A DNA stretch of 63,463 nt, filler included, from Nemertoderma westbladi (taxonomy: Eukaryota > Animalia > Xenacoelomorpha), in assembly GCA_032718475.1 (NCBI GenBank). It is 4 parts of 4 records of this genome, joined end to end, with 100 filler letters (N's around TTAATTAATTAA, not from the genome) between each part and the next. Parts side by side here need not be neighbours in the genome. Positions count along the whole stretch, not along the records: positions 1 to 23,083 come from JAUCBJ010002059.1; positions 23,184 to 44,011 come from JAUCBJ010005467.1; 2 more parts are not named here. One strand, given 5' to 3'. Made by a program: the position numbers and the translations under genes. The notes beneath the pieces were generated by a model. The model searched no databases. It saw nothing but the letters and a program-made list of their open reading frames with translations, and was not told the DNA's origin. Position 1 is the stretch's first letter. The number at the start of each line of letters is the position of its first letter. This document shows, in pieces, positions 14,701 to 28,154 of the stretch.

Positions 14701-17700
14701 TACATAAGAACGTCTACTTAACCGCACCCACCCACCCACCTAAGCACACCTAATTAACCGCACCAACCCACCTACATAAGCACGTCTACTTCACCGCACC
14801 CACCCACCCACCGAAGCACACCTACTTAACCGCACCAACCCACCTACATAAGCACGTCTACTTAACCGCACCCACCCACCTTCCTAAGCACGTCTACTTA
14901 ACCGCACCCACCCATCTACCTAAGCACAACTACTTAACTGCACCCACCCACTCAACTAAGCACATCGACTTAGCCGCACCCACCCACCCACCTAAGCACA
15001 CCTACTTAACCGCACCCGGCCAGCCACCCACTTTTCCTACCTTATTCAGACTCCATGGCAAACATTCTCGGAGCAATCGTGCCGTACCAGAAATTTGCAA
15101 AAACGTAAAGCAGGGACAGTTTTCGCCAAAACCTTTTTTACAAGAACCTTTTTTTATAATCGTTTCCTATAAAATAATGCTAAGTTTTTACATCCTAGAA
15201 CATTCGATAACTATTGTAAATTATTGTAATTAATTAATAGGCTGGTTGCTTTTTTTACCATATATTATTAAATAAATGTGAGATAGTTAGTGTAGTTAGT
15301 TTAAATATAATATCATAAACATCACTGCACAAAAACACGTTTTACACACCAGATCTTTAAAACATTACCTTTATTCGCATGCGAAAATAAGGGTTATGCC
15401 AGAGCCAGCCTAGAGGCCAAGCAAGGTACCGGTAGCCGTAGCAATGCAAGAAGCTAGAAGCTTCCTATTGGGTGCTATTTTTAGATCCTTCCCCCTTTTC
15501 TTACCCCCTCATCCGTGCCACCACTGGTTCAGCCAAACAACCCAGGCAGCTCCGTAGCCCATCATTGTTCCAATTCTTCCGGTAGGCTATCATTACGGCT
15601 CTCCTAATTTGTTTCAAATTTGTTTCACTGGCATACTTAACATTGTTCCAATTTTTTGAGCTCCGTAGCCCATCATTGTTCCAATTCTACGGTAGACTAT
15701 CATTACGGCCCTCCTAATTTGTTTCAAATTTGTTTCACTGGCATACATAGCATTGCAGGTAGGACACCATTACGTGGCTCCTAATATGTTTCAATTATGT
15801 TCCAATTTTGTTTCAACTAACAGAGACATACTAGTGGCAGTACGCGGGCGAGCTGGGGGAAGATCTTCTCTGTGCTGGGGGTAAGCGCGCGTAAGAAAAG
15901 GGGGAAGAGGGGGAAAGAAAAGGGGTATGGATCTATAAATAGCATCCAATGGGACGCCTCTATTTTACGACCGTTCTATACTGTAAACATACAGCTGTCT
16001 ACCTTATTGAGAAGTGGTAATACTACTTAATAGTTGCTAAACTTACCCCCCCTCCCACCCACCTACTGTATCATTACACACCTACTGTACTTAACCATGC
16101 ATACCCATTCCTACATACCTACTTACACGTACCCTCCCACCCACCTAAGCACGTCGACTTAACTGCACCCACCCACCGATCTAAGCACACCTACTTAACC
16201 GCACCCCCTACCCACCTAAGTACGTATACTTACCCACACCCACCCACCTACCTAAGCACAACTACTTAACTGCACCCACCCACTCTCCTAAGCACATCTA
16301 CTTAACCGCACACACCCACCAACCTAAGCACGTCTAGTTAACCACACCCACCCACCTAAGCACATCGACTTAACCGCACCCACCCACCCATCTAAGCACA
16401 CCTACTTAACCGCACCCACCCACCCACCTAAGCACACCTACTTAACCGCACCCACCCGCCCTCCTAAGCACGTCTACTTACCCGCACCCACCCACCCATC
16501 TAAACACGTCTACTTAACCGCACCCACCCACCCACCTAAGCACGTGTACTTAACCACACCCACCCACCCACCTAAGCACGTATACTTACCCGCACCCACC
16601 TCCTACCTAAGCACACCTAGTCAACCGCACCCACCTAAGCACATCGACTTAACCGCACCCACCCACCCACATAAGCACGTGTACTTAACCACACCTACCC
16701 ACCCACCCACCTAAGCACGTATACTTACCCGCACCCACCTCCTACCTAAGCACACCTAGTTAACCGCACCCACCTAAGCACATCGACTTAACCGCACCCA
16801 CGCACCCACATAAGCACGTGTACTTAACCACACCAACCCACCCACCCACCTAAGCACGTATACTTACCCGCACCCACCTCCTACCTAAGCACACATAGTT
16901 AACCGCACCCACCTAAGCACGTATACTTAACCACACCCACCCACCCACCTAAGCACGTTTACTTAACCACACCCACCCACCCACCTAAGCACATCGACTT
17001 AACGGCTAAGCACACCTACTTAACCGCACGTGTACTTAACCGGAAACAATCAACCAACCCACCTAAGCACGTCTACTTAACCGCAAAGCACACCTACTTA
17101 ACCGCACCCACCCACCTACATAAGAACGTCTACTTAACCGCACCCACCCACCCACCTAAGCACACCTACTTAACCGCACCAACCCACCTACATAAGCACG
17201 TCTACTTAACCACACCCACCCACCCTCCTAAGCACGTCTACTTAACCGCACCCACCCATCTACCTAAGCACAACTACTTAACTGCACCCACCCACCCACC
17301 TAAGCACATCGACTTAGCCGCACCCACCCACCCACCTAAGCACACCTACTTAACCGCACCCGGCCACCCACCTTCCTAAGCACATCGACTTAACCGCACC
17401 CACCCACCCACCTAAGCACACCTACTTAACTGCACCCACCCACCCACCTAAGCACACCTACTTAACTGCACCCACCCACCAACCTAAGCAAGTCTACTTA
17501 ACCGCATCCACACACCAAACTAAGCAAGCACGTCTACTTAACCACACCCAACCTCCCCTACCCCTACACACCTAATTACCCGCACTCACCTACCCCTACC
17601 CACCATCCCTCCCTCCCACACCCTATTTACCCGCACCGACCGCCCGAACCTAACAAACACACCCACCCCTACTTTTCCTACCTTATTCAGACTCCATGGC

Positions 17701-20700
17701 AAACATTCTCGGAGCAATCGTGCCGTACCAGAAATTTGCAAAAACGTAAAGCAGGGACAGTTTTCGCCAAAACCTTTTTTACAAGAACCTTTTTTTATAA
17801 TCGTTTCCTATAAAATAATGCTAAGTTTTTACATCCTAGAACATTCGATAACTATTGTAATTAATTAATAGGTTGGTTGCTTTTTTTACCATATATTATT
17901 AAATAAATGTGAGATAGTTAGTGCAGTTAGTTTAATTATAATATCGTAAACATCACTGCACAAAAACGCGTTTTACACACCAGATCTTTAAAACATTACC
18001 TTTATTCGCATGCGAAAATAAGGGTTATGCCAGAGCCAGCCTAGAGGCCAAGCAAGGTACCGGTAGCCGTAAGCGCGCGTAAGAAAAGGGGGAAGAGGGG
18101 GAAAGAAAAGGGGTATGGATCTATAAATAGCATACAATGGGACGCCTCTATTTTACGACCGTTCTATACTGTAAACATACAGCTGTCTACCTTATGGAGA
18201 AGTGGTAATACTACTTAATAGTTGCTAAACTTACCCCCCCCCCCCACCCACCTACTGTATCATTACCCACCTACTGTACTTAACCATACATACCCATTCC
18301 TACATACCTACTTACACGTACCCTCCCACCCACCTAAGCACGTCGACTTAACTGCACCCACCCACCGATCTAAGCACACCTACTTAACCGCACCCACCTA
18401 CCCACCTAAGCACGTATACTTACCCACACCCACCCACCTACCTAAGCACAACTACTTAACTGCAAAGCACGTCTACTTAACCGCACCCACCCACACACCT
18501 AAGCACGCCTACTTACCCGCACCCACCCACACACCTAAGCACGTCTACTTAACCGCAAACACCCACCCACCCACCTAAGCATATCGACTTAACCGCACCC
18601 ACCCACCCACCTAAGCACACCTCCTTAACCGCACGTGTACTTAACCGCAAACAATCAACCAACCCACCTAAGCACGTCTACTTAACCGCACCCACCCATT
18701 CACCTAAGCACACCTACTTAACCGCACCCACCCACCTACATAAGAACGTCTACTTAACCGCACCCACCCACCCACCTAAGCACACCTAATTAACCGCACC
18801 AACCCACCTACATAAGCACGTCTACTTCACCGCACCCACCCACCCACCGAAGCACACCTACTTAACCGCACCAACCCACCTACATAAGCACGTCTACTTA
18901 ACCGCACCCACCCACCTTCCTAAGCACGTCTACTTAACCGCACCCACCCATCTACCTAAGCACAACTACTTAACTGCACCCACCCACTCAACTAAGCACA
19001 TCGACTTAGCCGCACCCACCCACCCACCTAAGCACACCTACTTAACCGCACCCGGCCAGCCACCCACTTTTCCTACCTTATTCAGACTCCATGGCAAACA
19101 TTCTCGGAGCAATCGTGCCGTACCAGAAATTTGCAAAAACGTAAAGCAGGGACAGTTTTCGCCAAAACCTTTTTTACAAGAACCTTTTTTTATAATCGTT
19201 TCCTATAAAATAATGCTAAGTTTTTACATCCTAGAACATTCGATAACTATTGTAAATTATTGTAATTAATTAATAGGCTGGTTGCTTTTTTTACCATATA
19301 TTATTAAATAAATGTGAGATAGTTAGTGTAGTTAGTTTAAATATAATATCATAAACATCACTGCACAAAAACACGTTTTACACACCAGATCTTTAAAACA
19401 TTACCTTTATTCGCATGCGAAAATAAGGGTTATGCCAGAGCCAGCCTAGAGGCCAAGCAAGGTACCGGTAGCCGTAGCAATGCAAGAAGCTAGAAGCTTC
19501 CTATTGGGTGCTATTTTTAGATCCTTCCCCCTTTTCTTACCCCCTCATCCGTGCCACCACTGGTTCAGCCAAACAACCCAGGCAGCTCCGTAGCCCATCA
19601 TTGTTCCAATTCTTCCGGTAGGCTATCATTACGGCTCTCCTAATTTGTTTCAAATTTGTTTCACTGGCATACTTAACATTGTTCCAATTTTTTGAGCTCC
19701 GTAGCCCATCATTGTTCCAATTCTACGGTAGACTATCATTACGGCCCTCCTAATTTGTTTCAAATTTGTTTCACTGGCATACATAGCATTGCAGGTAGGA
19801 CACCATTACGTGGCTCCTAATATGTTTCAATTATGTTCCAATTTTGTTTCAACTAACAGAGACATACTAGTGGCAGTACGCGGGCGAGCTGGGGGAAGAT
19901 CTTCTCTGTGCTGGGGGTAAGCGCGCGTAAGAAAAGGGGGAAGAGGGGGAAAGAAAAGGGGTATGGATCTATAAATAGCATCCAATGGGACGCCTCTATT
20001 TTACGACCGTTCTATACTGTAAACATACAGCTGTCTACCTTATTGAGAAGTGGTAATACTACTTAATAGTTGCTAAACTTACCCCCCCCCCCACCCACCT
20101 ACTGTATCATTACACACCTACTGTACTTAACCATGCATACCCATTCCTACATACCTACTTACACGTACCCTCCCACCCACCTAAGCACGTCGACTTAACT
20201 GCACCCACCCACCGATCTAAGCACACCTACTTAACCGCACCCCCTACCCACCTAAGTACGTATACTTACCCACACCCACCCACCTACCTAAGCACAACTA
20301 CTTAACTGCACCCACCCACTCTCCTAAGCACATCTACTTAACCGCACACACCCACCAACCTAAGCACGTCTAGTTAACCACACCCACCCACCTAAGCACA
20401 TCGACTTAACCGCACCCACCCACCCATCTAAGCACACCTACTTAACCGCACCCACCCACCCACCTAAGCACACCTACTTAACCGCACCCACCCGCCCTCC
20501 TAAGCACGTCTACTTACCCGCACCCACCCACCCATCTAAACACGTCTACTTAACCGCACCCACCCACCCACCTAAGCACGTGTACTTAACCACACCCACC
20601 CACCCACCTAAGCACGTATACTTACCCGCACCCACCTCCTACCTAAGCACACCTAGTCAACCGCACCCACCTAAGCACATCGACTTAACCGCACCCACCC

Positions 20701-23083
20701 ACCCACATAAGCACGTGTACTTAACCACACCTACCCACCCACCCACCTAAGCACGTATACTTACCCGCACCCACCTCCTACCTAAGCACACCTAGTTAAC
20801 CGCACCCACCTAAGCACATCGACTTAACCGCACCCACGCACCCACATAAGCACGTGTACTTAACCACACCAACCCACCCACCCACCTAAGCACGTATACT
20901 TACCCGCACCCACCTCCTACCTAAGCACACATAGTTAACCGCACCCACCTAAGCACGTATACTTAACCACACCCACCCACCCACCTAAGCACGTTTACTT
21001 AACCACACCCACCCACCCACCTAAGCACATCGACTTAACGGCTAAGCACACCTACTTAACCGCACGTGTACTTAACCGGAAACAATCAACCAACCCACCT
21101 AAGCACGTCTACTTAACCGCAAAGCACACCTACTTAACCGCACCCACCCACCTACATAAGAACGTCTACTTAACCGCACCCACCCACCCACCTAAGCACA
21201 CCTACTTAACCGCACCAACCCACCTACATAAGCACGTCTACTTAACCACACCCACCCACCCTCCTAAGCACGTCTACTTAACCGCACCCACCCATCTACC
21301 TAAGCACAACTACTTAACTGCACCCACCCACCCACCTAAGCACATCGACTTAGCCGCACCCACCCACCCACCTAAGCACACCTACTTAACCGCACCCGGC
21401 CACCCACCTTCCTAAGCACATCGACTTAACCGCACCCACCCACCCACCTAAGCACACCTACTTAACTGCACCCACCCACCCACCTAAGCACACCTACTTA
21501 ACTGCACCCACCCACCAACCTAAGCAAGTCTACTTAACCGCATCCACACACCAAACTAAGCAAGCACGTCTACTTAACCACACCCAACCTCCCCTACCCC
21601 TACACACCTAATTACCCGCACTCACCTACCCCTACCCACCATCCCTCCCTCCCACACCCTATTTACCCGCACCGACCGCCCGAACCTAACAAACACACCC
21701 ACCCCTACTTTTCCTACCTTATTCAGACTCCATGGCAAACATTCTCGGAGCAATCGTGCCGTACCAGAAATTTGCAAAAACGTAAAGCAGGGACAGTTTT
21801 CGCCAAAACCTTTTTTACAAGAACCTTTTTTTATAATCGTTTCCTATAAAATAATGCTAAGTTTTTACATCCTAGAACATTCGATAACTATTGTAATTAA
21901 TTAATAGGTTGGTTGCTTTTTTTACCATATATTATTAAATAAATGTGAGATAGTTAGTGCAGTTAGTTTAATTATAATATCGTAAACATCACTGCACAAA
22001 AACGCGTTTTACACACCAGATCTTTAAAACATTACCTTTATTCGCATGCGAAAATAAGGGTTATGCCAGAGCCAGCCTAGAGGCCAAGCAAGGTACCGGT
22101 AGCCGTAAGCGCGCGTAAGAAAAGGGGGAAGAGGGGGAAAGAAAAGGGGTATGGATCTATAAATAGCATCCAATGGGACGCCTCTATTTTACGACCGTTC
22201 TATACTGTAAACATACAGCTGTCTACCTTATGGAGAAGTGGTAATACTACTTAATAGTTGCTAAACTTACCCCCCCCCCCCCCCACCCACCTACTGTATC
22301 ATTACACACCTACTGTACTTAACCATGCATACCCATTCCTACATACCTACTTACACGTACCCTCCCACCCACCTAAGCACGTCGACTTAACTGCACCCAC
22401 CCACCGATCTAAGCACACCTACTTAACCGCACCCCCTACCCACCTAAGTACGTATACTTACCCACACCCACCCACCTACCTAAGCACAACTACTTAACTG
22501 CACCCACCCACTCTCCTAAGCACATCTACTTAACCGCACACACCCACCAACCTAAGCACGTCTAGTTAACCACACCCACCCACCTAAGCACATCGACTTA
22601 ACCGCACCCACCCACCCATCTAAGCACACCTACTTAACCGCACCCACCCACCCACCTAAGCACACCTACTTAACCGCACCCACCCGCCCTCCTAAGCACG
22701 TCTACTTACCCGCACCCACCCACCCATCTAAACACGTCTACTTAACCGCACCCACCCACCCACCTAAGCACGTGTACTTAACCGCACCCACCCACCCACC
22801 TAAGCACGTGTACTTAACCACACCCACCCACCCACCTAAGCACGTATACTTACCCGCACCCACCTCCTACCTAAGCACACCTAGTCAACCGCACCCACCT
22901 AAGCACATCGACTTAACCGCACCCACCCACCCACATAAGCACGTGTACTTAACCACACCTACCCACCCACCCACCTAAGCACGTATACTTACCCGCACCC
23001 ACCTCCTACCTAAGCACACCTAGTTAACCGCACCCACCTAAGCACATCGACTTAACCGCACCCACGCACCCACATAAGCACGT
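11776..23083. repeat. Higher-order tandem array: ~4.05-kb repeat (starts 11776, 15850, 19886) of A and B monomers containing a 36-bp C-rich minisatellite; runs into a gap
   Basis: The header gtaagcgcgcgtaagaaaaggggg recurs at ~11807, 14032, 15882, 18069, 19917 and 22105. Minisatellite unit is cctaagcacacctacttaaccgcacccacccaccca. Confidence 0.95.
11803..15508. mobile_element. Probable non-autonomous TIR element forming the array unit
   Basis: Left end GGGGGTAAG...AAGAAAAGGGG..GGATCTATAAATAGCATCCAATGGGACGCCTCTA is an imperfect inverse of TAGAAGCTTCCTATTGGGTGCTATTTTTAGATCCTTCCCCCTTTTCTTACCCCC (15455-15508). No TSD is evident. Confidence 0.65.
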
Positions 23084-23183
23084 NNNNNNNNNNNNNNNNN
23101 NNNNNNNNNNNNNNNNNNNNNNNNNNNTTAATTAATTAANNNNNNNNNNNNNNNNNNNNNNNNNNNNNNNNNNNNNNNNNNNN
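23084..23183. other. Artificial contig spacer (N44-TTAATTAATTAA-N44)
   Basis: The same construct occurs three times and gives stops in all six frames. Confidence 0.97.
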
Positions 23184-23394
23184 TATAAATTTCGGCAGGT
23201 TAAACTGCTGAAGGTCTATAAAAGCGCGTACAGTTTCTACAGCTTGATGTCTTACCAAGCACATGGCTGTATTTAGTTTGTGGGAGGCCGTAGGCCATAA
23301 CAAAAAAAATTTAAGGGTGGGGGCTAGGGACATAAGTTCAGAAACTTGAGAGTTTCTGAAAGTTTCTTTCAGAAAGTTTTCTGATGTAAACCAA

Positions 23395-25009
23395 TTAGGC
23401 GAATTTGATTCTAAAATAGCAGTCGTGGCGAGCCCTCTCCGAGACTTGTTGAAAGAAACAAACTCATTTAATTGGTTCCCAGAACATGCAACAGAGTTCC
23501 AAGCCTTGAAACAACTACTGTCATCACCTCCAACTTTAGGAATGTTTCAATTAAATTCAGAAACAGTTCTGATGACTGATGCAGCACGTCTGGGGGGCAT
23601 AGGCTTTGCTTTGCTGCAAAACCAAGATGATAGTTGGAGACTGATTCAATGTGGCAGCCGTTTCATGAAAGATGCTGAAACGAGATACTCAATGGTGGAG
23701 CTTGAAGCTTTAGCCATCTACTGGGGAGTAAAAAAAGTCACAACTACTTGGCCGATGCCGAATTTCAAATAATTACAGACCATAAATCTTTGTTACCATT
23801 GTTTAATGACTACAGTTTAGCAGATATTGAAAATTCAAGAATCCAAAATTACCGATCGAAGTTGATGTCATATCAATTCAAGTTGAAATGGAAGCCAGGC
23901 AAAGATCACTGTATCACTGATGCATTATCCAGATCATCTATTCTAGAAAATGAAGTGGATGTGGAAGTCAAAATAAATTCAATTATAAAAGAGAATCAAG
24001 AATTGATCAAAAGGGATATTCAAAGCGCAATGGACAGTGACCCAAATTTAGTGCTAAATGACCTAAAATCCTGTGCTAAGAGTAATACCAGATATCAGGA
24101 ACTTTATCAGCAATTTCCAACGATTTTTCTGGAACTGAAACTGAATACACAAAATTGTTTAAAAACATAAAAGAAGAATTAGCAATCGATGATGGAATAA
24201 TTTTACGAGGGACTAGATTAGTAATTCCTACCTCAGGGATACATAAGGTTCTACGTAGTCTTCATGCAAGTCACCAAGGAGAGGAAAGAACCAAGAATCG
24301 AGCACGACAAGCAGTATTTTGGCCGGGATTCACAAACGACAACTGGTAATAGTCATGTTCAGAATGTCAGAAATATAGACCTTCTCAAATTAAGGAGCAT
24401 ATGGTGATATCTTAGGTGCCTAATCGAGCCTTTGCAGCAGACTCTACTGACTTTTTCCAGTTGAGTGTGGAACATTATTTGATATACGCTGACAGGTATT
24501 CAGGTTATGTTACTGAGGATAAATTTTCTCACACAGCATCGGCGACAGATACAACAAAGGCACTACAGAGACTTTTCATGAGATATGGAATACCAAACGT
24601 CTTGACCTCAGATCAGGGACCCCAGTTCGTGGCAGAAGAGATTGAGACTTTTCTAAGAGAATGGCGAGTTCACTGGCAACCATCTTCACCCAGACACCCA
24701 CATGGAAATGGACATGCAGAAATAAACGTGAAGAAAATCAAACATTTGTTATTAAGACAGGAGGTGATGTAGAAAGTAAAGAGTTTACAGAAGGCCCTAC
24801 CTGGAGTTAATGAATACCCCAAGTAAGGATAATCTATCCCCTTGCCAACGATTGATTATTTGGTCATCCTTTCAGACCATTGATTCCAACTCATTGGAGC
24901 ATATACAATCCCTTAGATCAAGGAGTATTAGAAGAGGCAAACCAAAGGCGAATTCGAAATAAAGCTTATTATGACCGTGGGACTGCAGATTTGACCCACA
25001 TTGATAAAT
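23395..25009 (+). mobile_element. Degenerate Gypsy/Ty3 pol (RT connection, RNase H, integrase), 5' part
   Basis: TDAARLGGIGFALLQ, ETRYSMVELEALAI, ITDHKSL, LHASHQG...RARQAVFWPG, DRYSG, SDQGPQF, HGNGHAE. Multiple frameshifts and stops. Confidence 0.9.
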
Positions 25010-27569
25010 AGAGATATATACCATAAATGGTTGAACGATGCTTTCCGAGGCGTCATGGTTACAATCGTGAATGATAAGTGCGTGAGTAAGGGTCTATGCC
25101 TCGATACCAAAAAAAAATAAATATTAAATTTAATTATTAATACCGAGTTGATTATTAATACTTAATATTATCCCTTTTCTGTTCGCGTTATTCGCTGTAT
25201 GCTTCTCGAAAGCAATCTGCCCTATAGCATGGCTAACCTCAATAATTATTCCATTGTATAAGGGAAAAGGCCCAAAGTCTTCGCCGGATGCATACCGCGG
25301 GATCGCACTGTTATCTTGTTTATTTAAAACGTATACCTCAATCCTATTCAAACGGTTATATACATGGGCCGAGACATATAATAAACTTCCAGACGAACAG
25401 TATGGTTTCCGTACTGGCCGATCCACATTAGACGCTGTACGCAAATTATACAGTTACATATCTAACTCACTGCCATCGGGTAGTCCAGTGTATTGTGTCT
25501 TTGTGGATTTCACAATGGCATTCGACTCTGTTAAAAGGGTTAAATTAGCCTATAAATTATCCAAACTTGGAGTAAGTCGAATATTTATCTCAGCAATATG
25601 GGCTTTAATAGCTACAAACTGCATTCGCATTAATTGTGTAGGATAGTATCTATCAGATCCAATTTTTCAGATGATCGGTGTAATCCAAGGTGACAAGTTG
25701 TCGCCACTACTTTTTAGCTTGTTCATTGCTGACCTGCCTCTAGTTCTGACCGGCGGTATTGGTATGGTCTACTCCTTTATGCCGATGACCTAGCTATCTA
25801 TGGAAATTCGATTAATTCGGTGCAAAAAACTTTAGACAAACTCTGCAAATATTGTGATGAAAATGACTTACATGTTAATTTGTCCAAAACTAAGGAAGTG
25901 AAGTTCCGCCGTGGTAGACGCTTGTCAAAGCAAGATAAACTTTTTTTTATAACAACAAATCATTGGAATTTATTAACAATTTTAATTACTTAGGAGTAGT
26001 GTTTACAACTACAAACAAATCATCAGGCCATTACAAACACTTATATAAACGTGGTGTTGCCTCGTGCATGCGACTAGCCTGGATAGTTGATATGCATTCG
26101 ATATCGTACCCCTCTGCTCAAAAATTATGGTCCCTGGTGGTGTTTCCCGCTGTTACCTACGGCATATCTGTATTCCAGAACTTAACTAAGGAACAACAGA
26201 AACAATTAGAACACGTAATAAAGGTCCGCGGTTTTTTCTGGAAAATTTGGTGTGGAGTAGCGAAATACGCGTCCACTACAAAGATTTTAGAAGCTGTTGA
26301 TAACCCAAACAGCACTTCAATCTCATTGGCCAACTTAGCTGGGAACAGGCGCCGCATAGCGGCACAGTTCCTATCTAATGGGTTTCACCACAAAGTCTGC
26401 CAAAGGGGAGATGCTGGAGACCAAAAGATAAATGTGTCTGTCATCTCTGTAAAGAGCCAGCAAAAGATGTTGCCCACACTCTGGTTTGTGAAGCTATACC
26501 AAATCCCCAAACCCCACTGGATCTTGCCTTTTACCTGCAAAAGCTCGATTGACCATTTTACCGACATTTTATGTGCATTAATTTTTACCAAATTTAACTT
26601 AGCCCGAATATATAATAAAATATTAACTAAATGGTATTTATTTCTAACATAATATATTTTATGCGTGTACTGATTAATTTGTATATTAGTGCTAAAAATT
26701 ATGTCCTCAATTAACTGTATGTATTATTTTATATTTATTGTGTATTTTATTAATATCTACAGTACAGGCCACCAGAAAACGCAGATTTGTACAATTGTGA
26801 ACACATTTTATCAAATGTGTACCAGTGTAATGTAATGTTGTTGAACGGGACAATTGAACATAATTGAACATAATTGAATTGGCAACAACCAAAATTTTTT
26901 CGCCAAAGGATACAATTGAATACTTTTGAAACGCTTAGTAATCTGGAAACTCTCTGTAGTTTGCCGCGAACTGTCACTCACTGCAGCTGGAAATGTGATA
27001 AGGATATTGTTTACCTTTATAGTGTGCGGTTAATAGTGTCTAGTAGGCAGGCCTATAGTTAGTGATGTTAAGGCATCTTCTGGTGTTTCTCTGTGCCCTC
27101 TCGGTGTCAGACTAATGGCGCGACATCTCCCTGCACTAAATTAATTATTCAATGGTCTAGTCTCGTCCATCCATATACCCATCCACTCCCATACACTCTA
27201 TGAACCTCCATGTGGTCTTGTATGTAGTTCTCTCTCTACCAATACAGCCCATGTCCGCAATGTTACGTCCTGTGGGCTCTCTCATCTACCTGATATCAGA
27301 CATACAGGCGCACCGCACACTAAGCCTTTGTCGGTCCCAGCAAGTTAGCTAGATAACTCGCCATAACCTGCCAATCAGATGACTTGAACAAATGTGTTCA
27401 CATGTGATCACATTGGATGAAATCTGCTTTTTCTGGTGGCCTGTACTGTATATCCTCTTACGTCCAATCTGGATATTACACGTCTTATGAATTATCAATA
27501 CTTAATATTATAATTTTTCGGCTATCGAGTCATAGACCCTTACTCACGCACTTATCATTCACGATTGTA
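25010..27569 (+). mobile_element. 5'-truncated non-LTR retrotransposon (CR1/L2/RTEX-like RT) inserted in the Gypsy integrase, with a 12-bp TSD and an inverted 3'-end copy on its left side
   Basis: YRGIALLS, EQYGFRTGRST, FVDFTMAFDSV, GVIQGDKLSPLLF, YADD (~25778), FNYLGV. TSD acattgataaat at 24998-25009 and 27570-27581. Confidence 0.85.
26760..27448. mobile_element. Tc1/mariner-type MITE (689 bp) nested in the LINE 3' region
   Basis: TIR CAGTACAGGCCACCAGAAAA-GCAGATTT at both ends, with TA on both flanks. Confidence 0.88.
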
Positions 27570-27770
27570 ACATTGATAAATGGATCAGAAGTATTGGTTC
27601 AAGATGTAGATCACAATAGTAAGCGATGGAATCGGTTAGCTATTGTAGTGGGTAAAAACGAATTAAGGAGGTATAAACTGAAACTATTGTCAGGTCGCCA
27701 TATTTGGCGAAATCGTGTCCATATACGTCCAGTCAATCGATGTGTTTCATCAAATGTGTTTTAAGTGATT
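27570..27770 (+). mobile_element. Continuation of the Gypsy integrase C-terminus after the LINE insertion
   Basis: LINGSEVLVQD...RWNRLAIVVGKNELRRYKLKLLSGRHIWRNRVHIRPV continues YYDRGTADLT from ~24968. Confidence 0.85.
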
Positions 27771-28154
27771 TTAAGAGTGTGGCTGCCGCTACATTATGTC
27801 AAATAAACAATGCAGGACAGGTCCAGGATAAGTGACAGCCAGTGTCCGCCAGCCCCGGGATGCGCCAGCAGTGCAGTACCTATTAACCAGTTAACTCTTC
27901 TTGACACCGCTTGGGAAACTAACCAACCGTGATTTATTTTTGAACTGTTTTTCCACCAAACCAGCCAACCTGGTTTTAGAATGTTGTTGGTTGCTACAGT
28001 ATATGGCACTAACATAGTATAGACTGATAGAAGCAGCAATGAGAATGCTAAGGGAATAAACATTCGCACATATATTGAAAACCGTCGTGTCAGTCTGTCC
28101 TTCTTTGTAAATTTATTAACATATAATATAATACTTTTACTTTCTGATCTGTCT

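Noticed and set aside
11960-22978. Pro/His/Thr-rich ORFs resembling extensin or mucin
   Set aside because: Reading frames of the 36-bp minisatellite with frequent stops and indels
23128-23139. TTAATTAATTAA palindrome recurring three times
   Set aside because: Centred in exactly 44+44 Ns each time, so it is an assembly linker rather than biology
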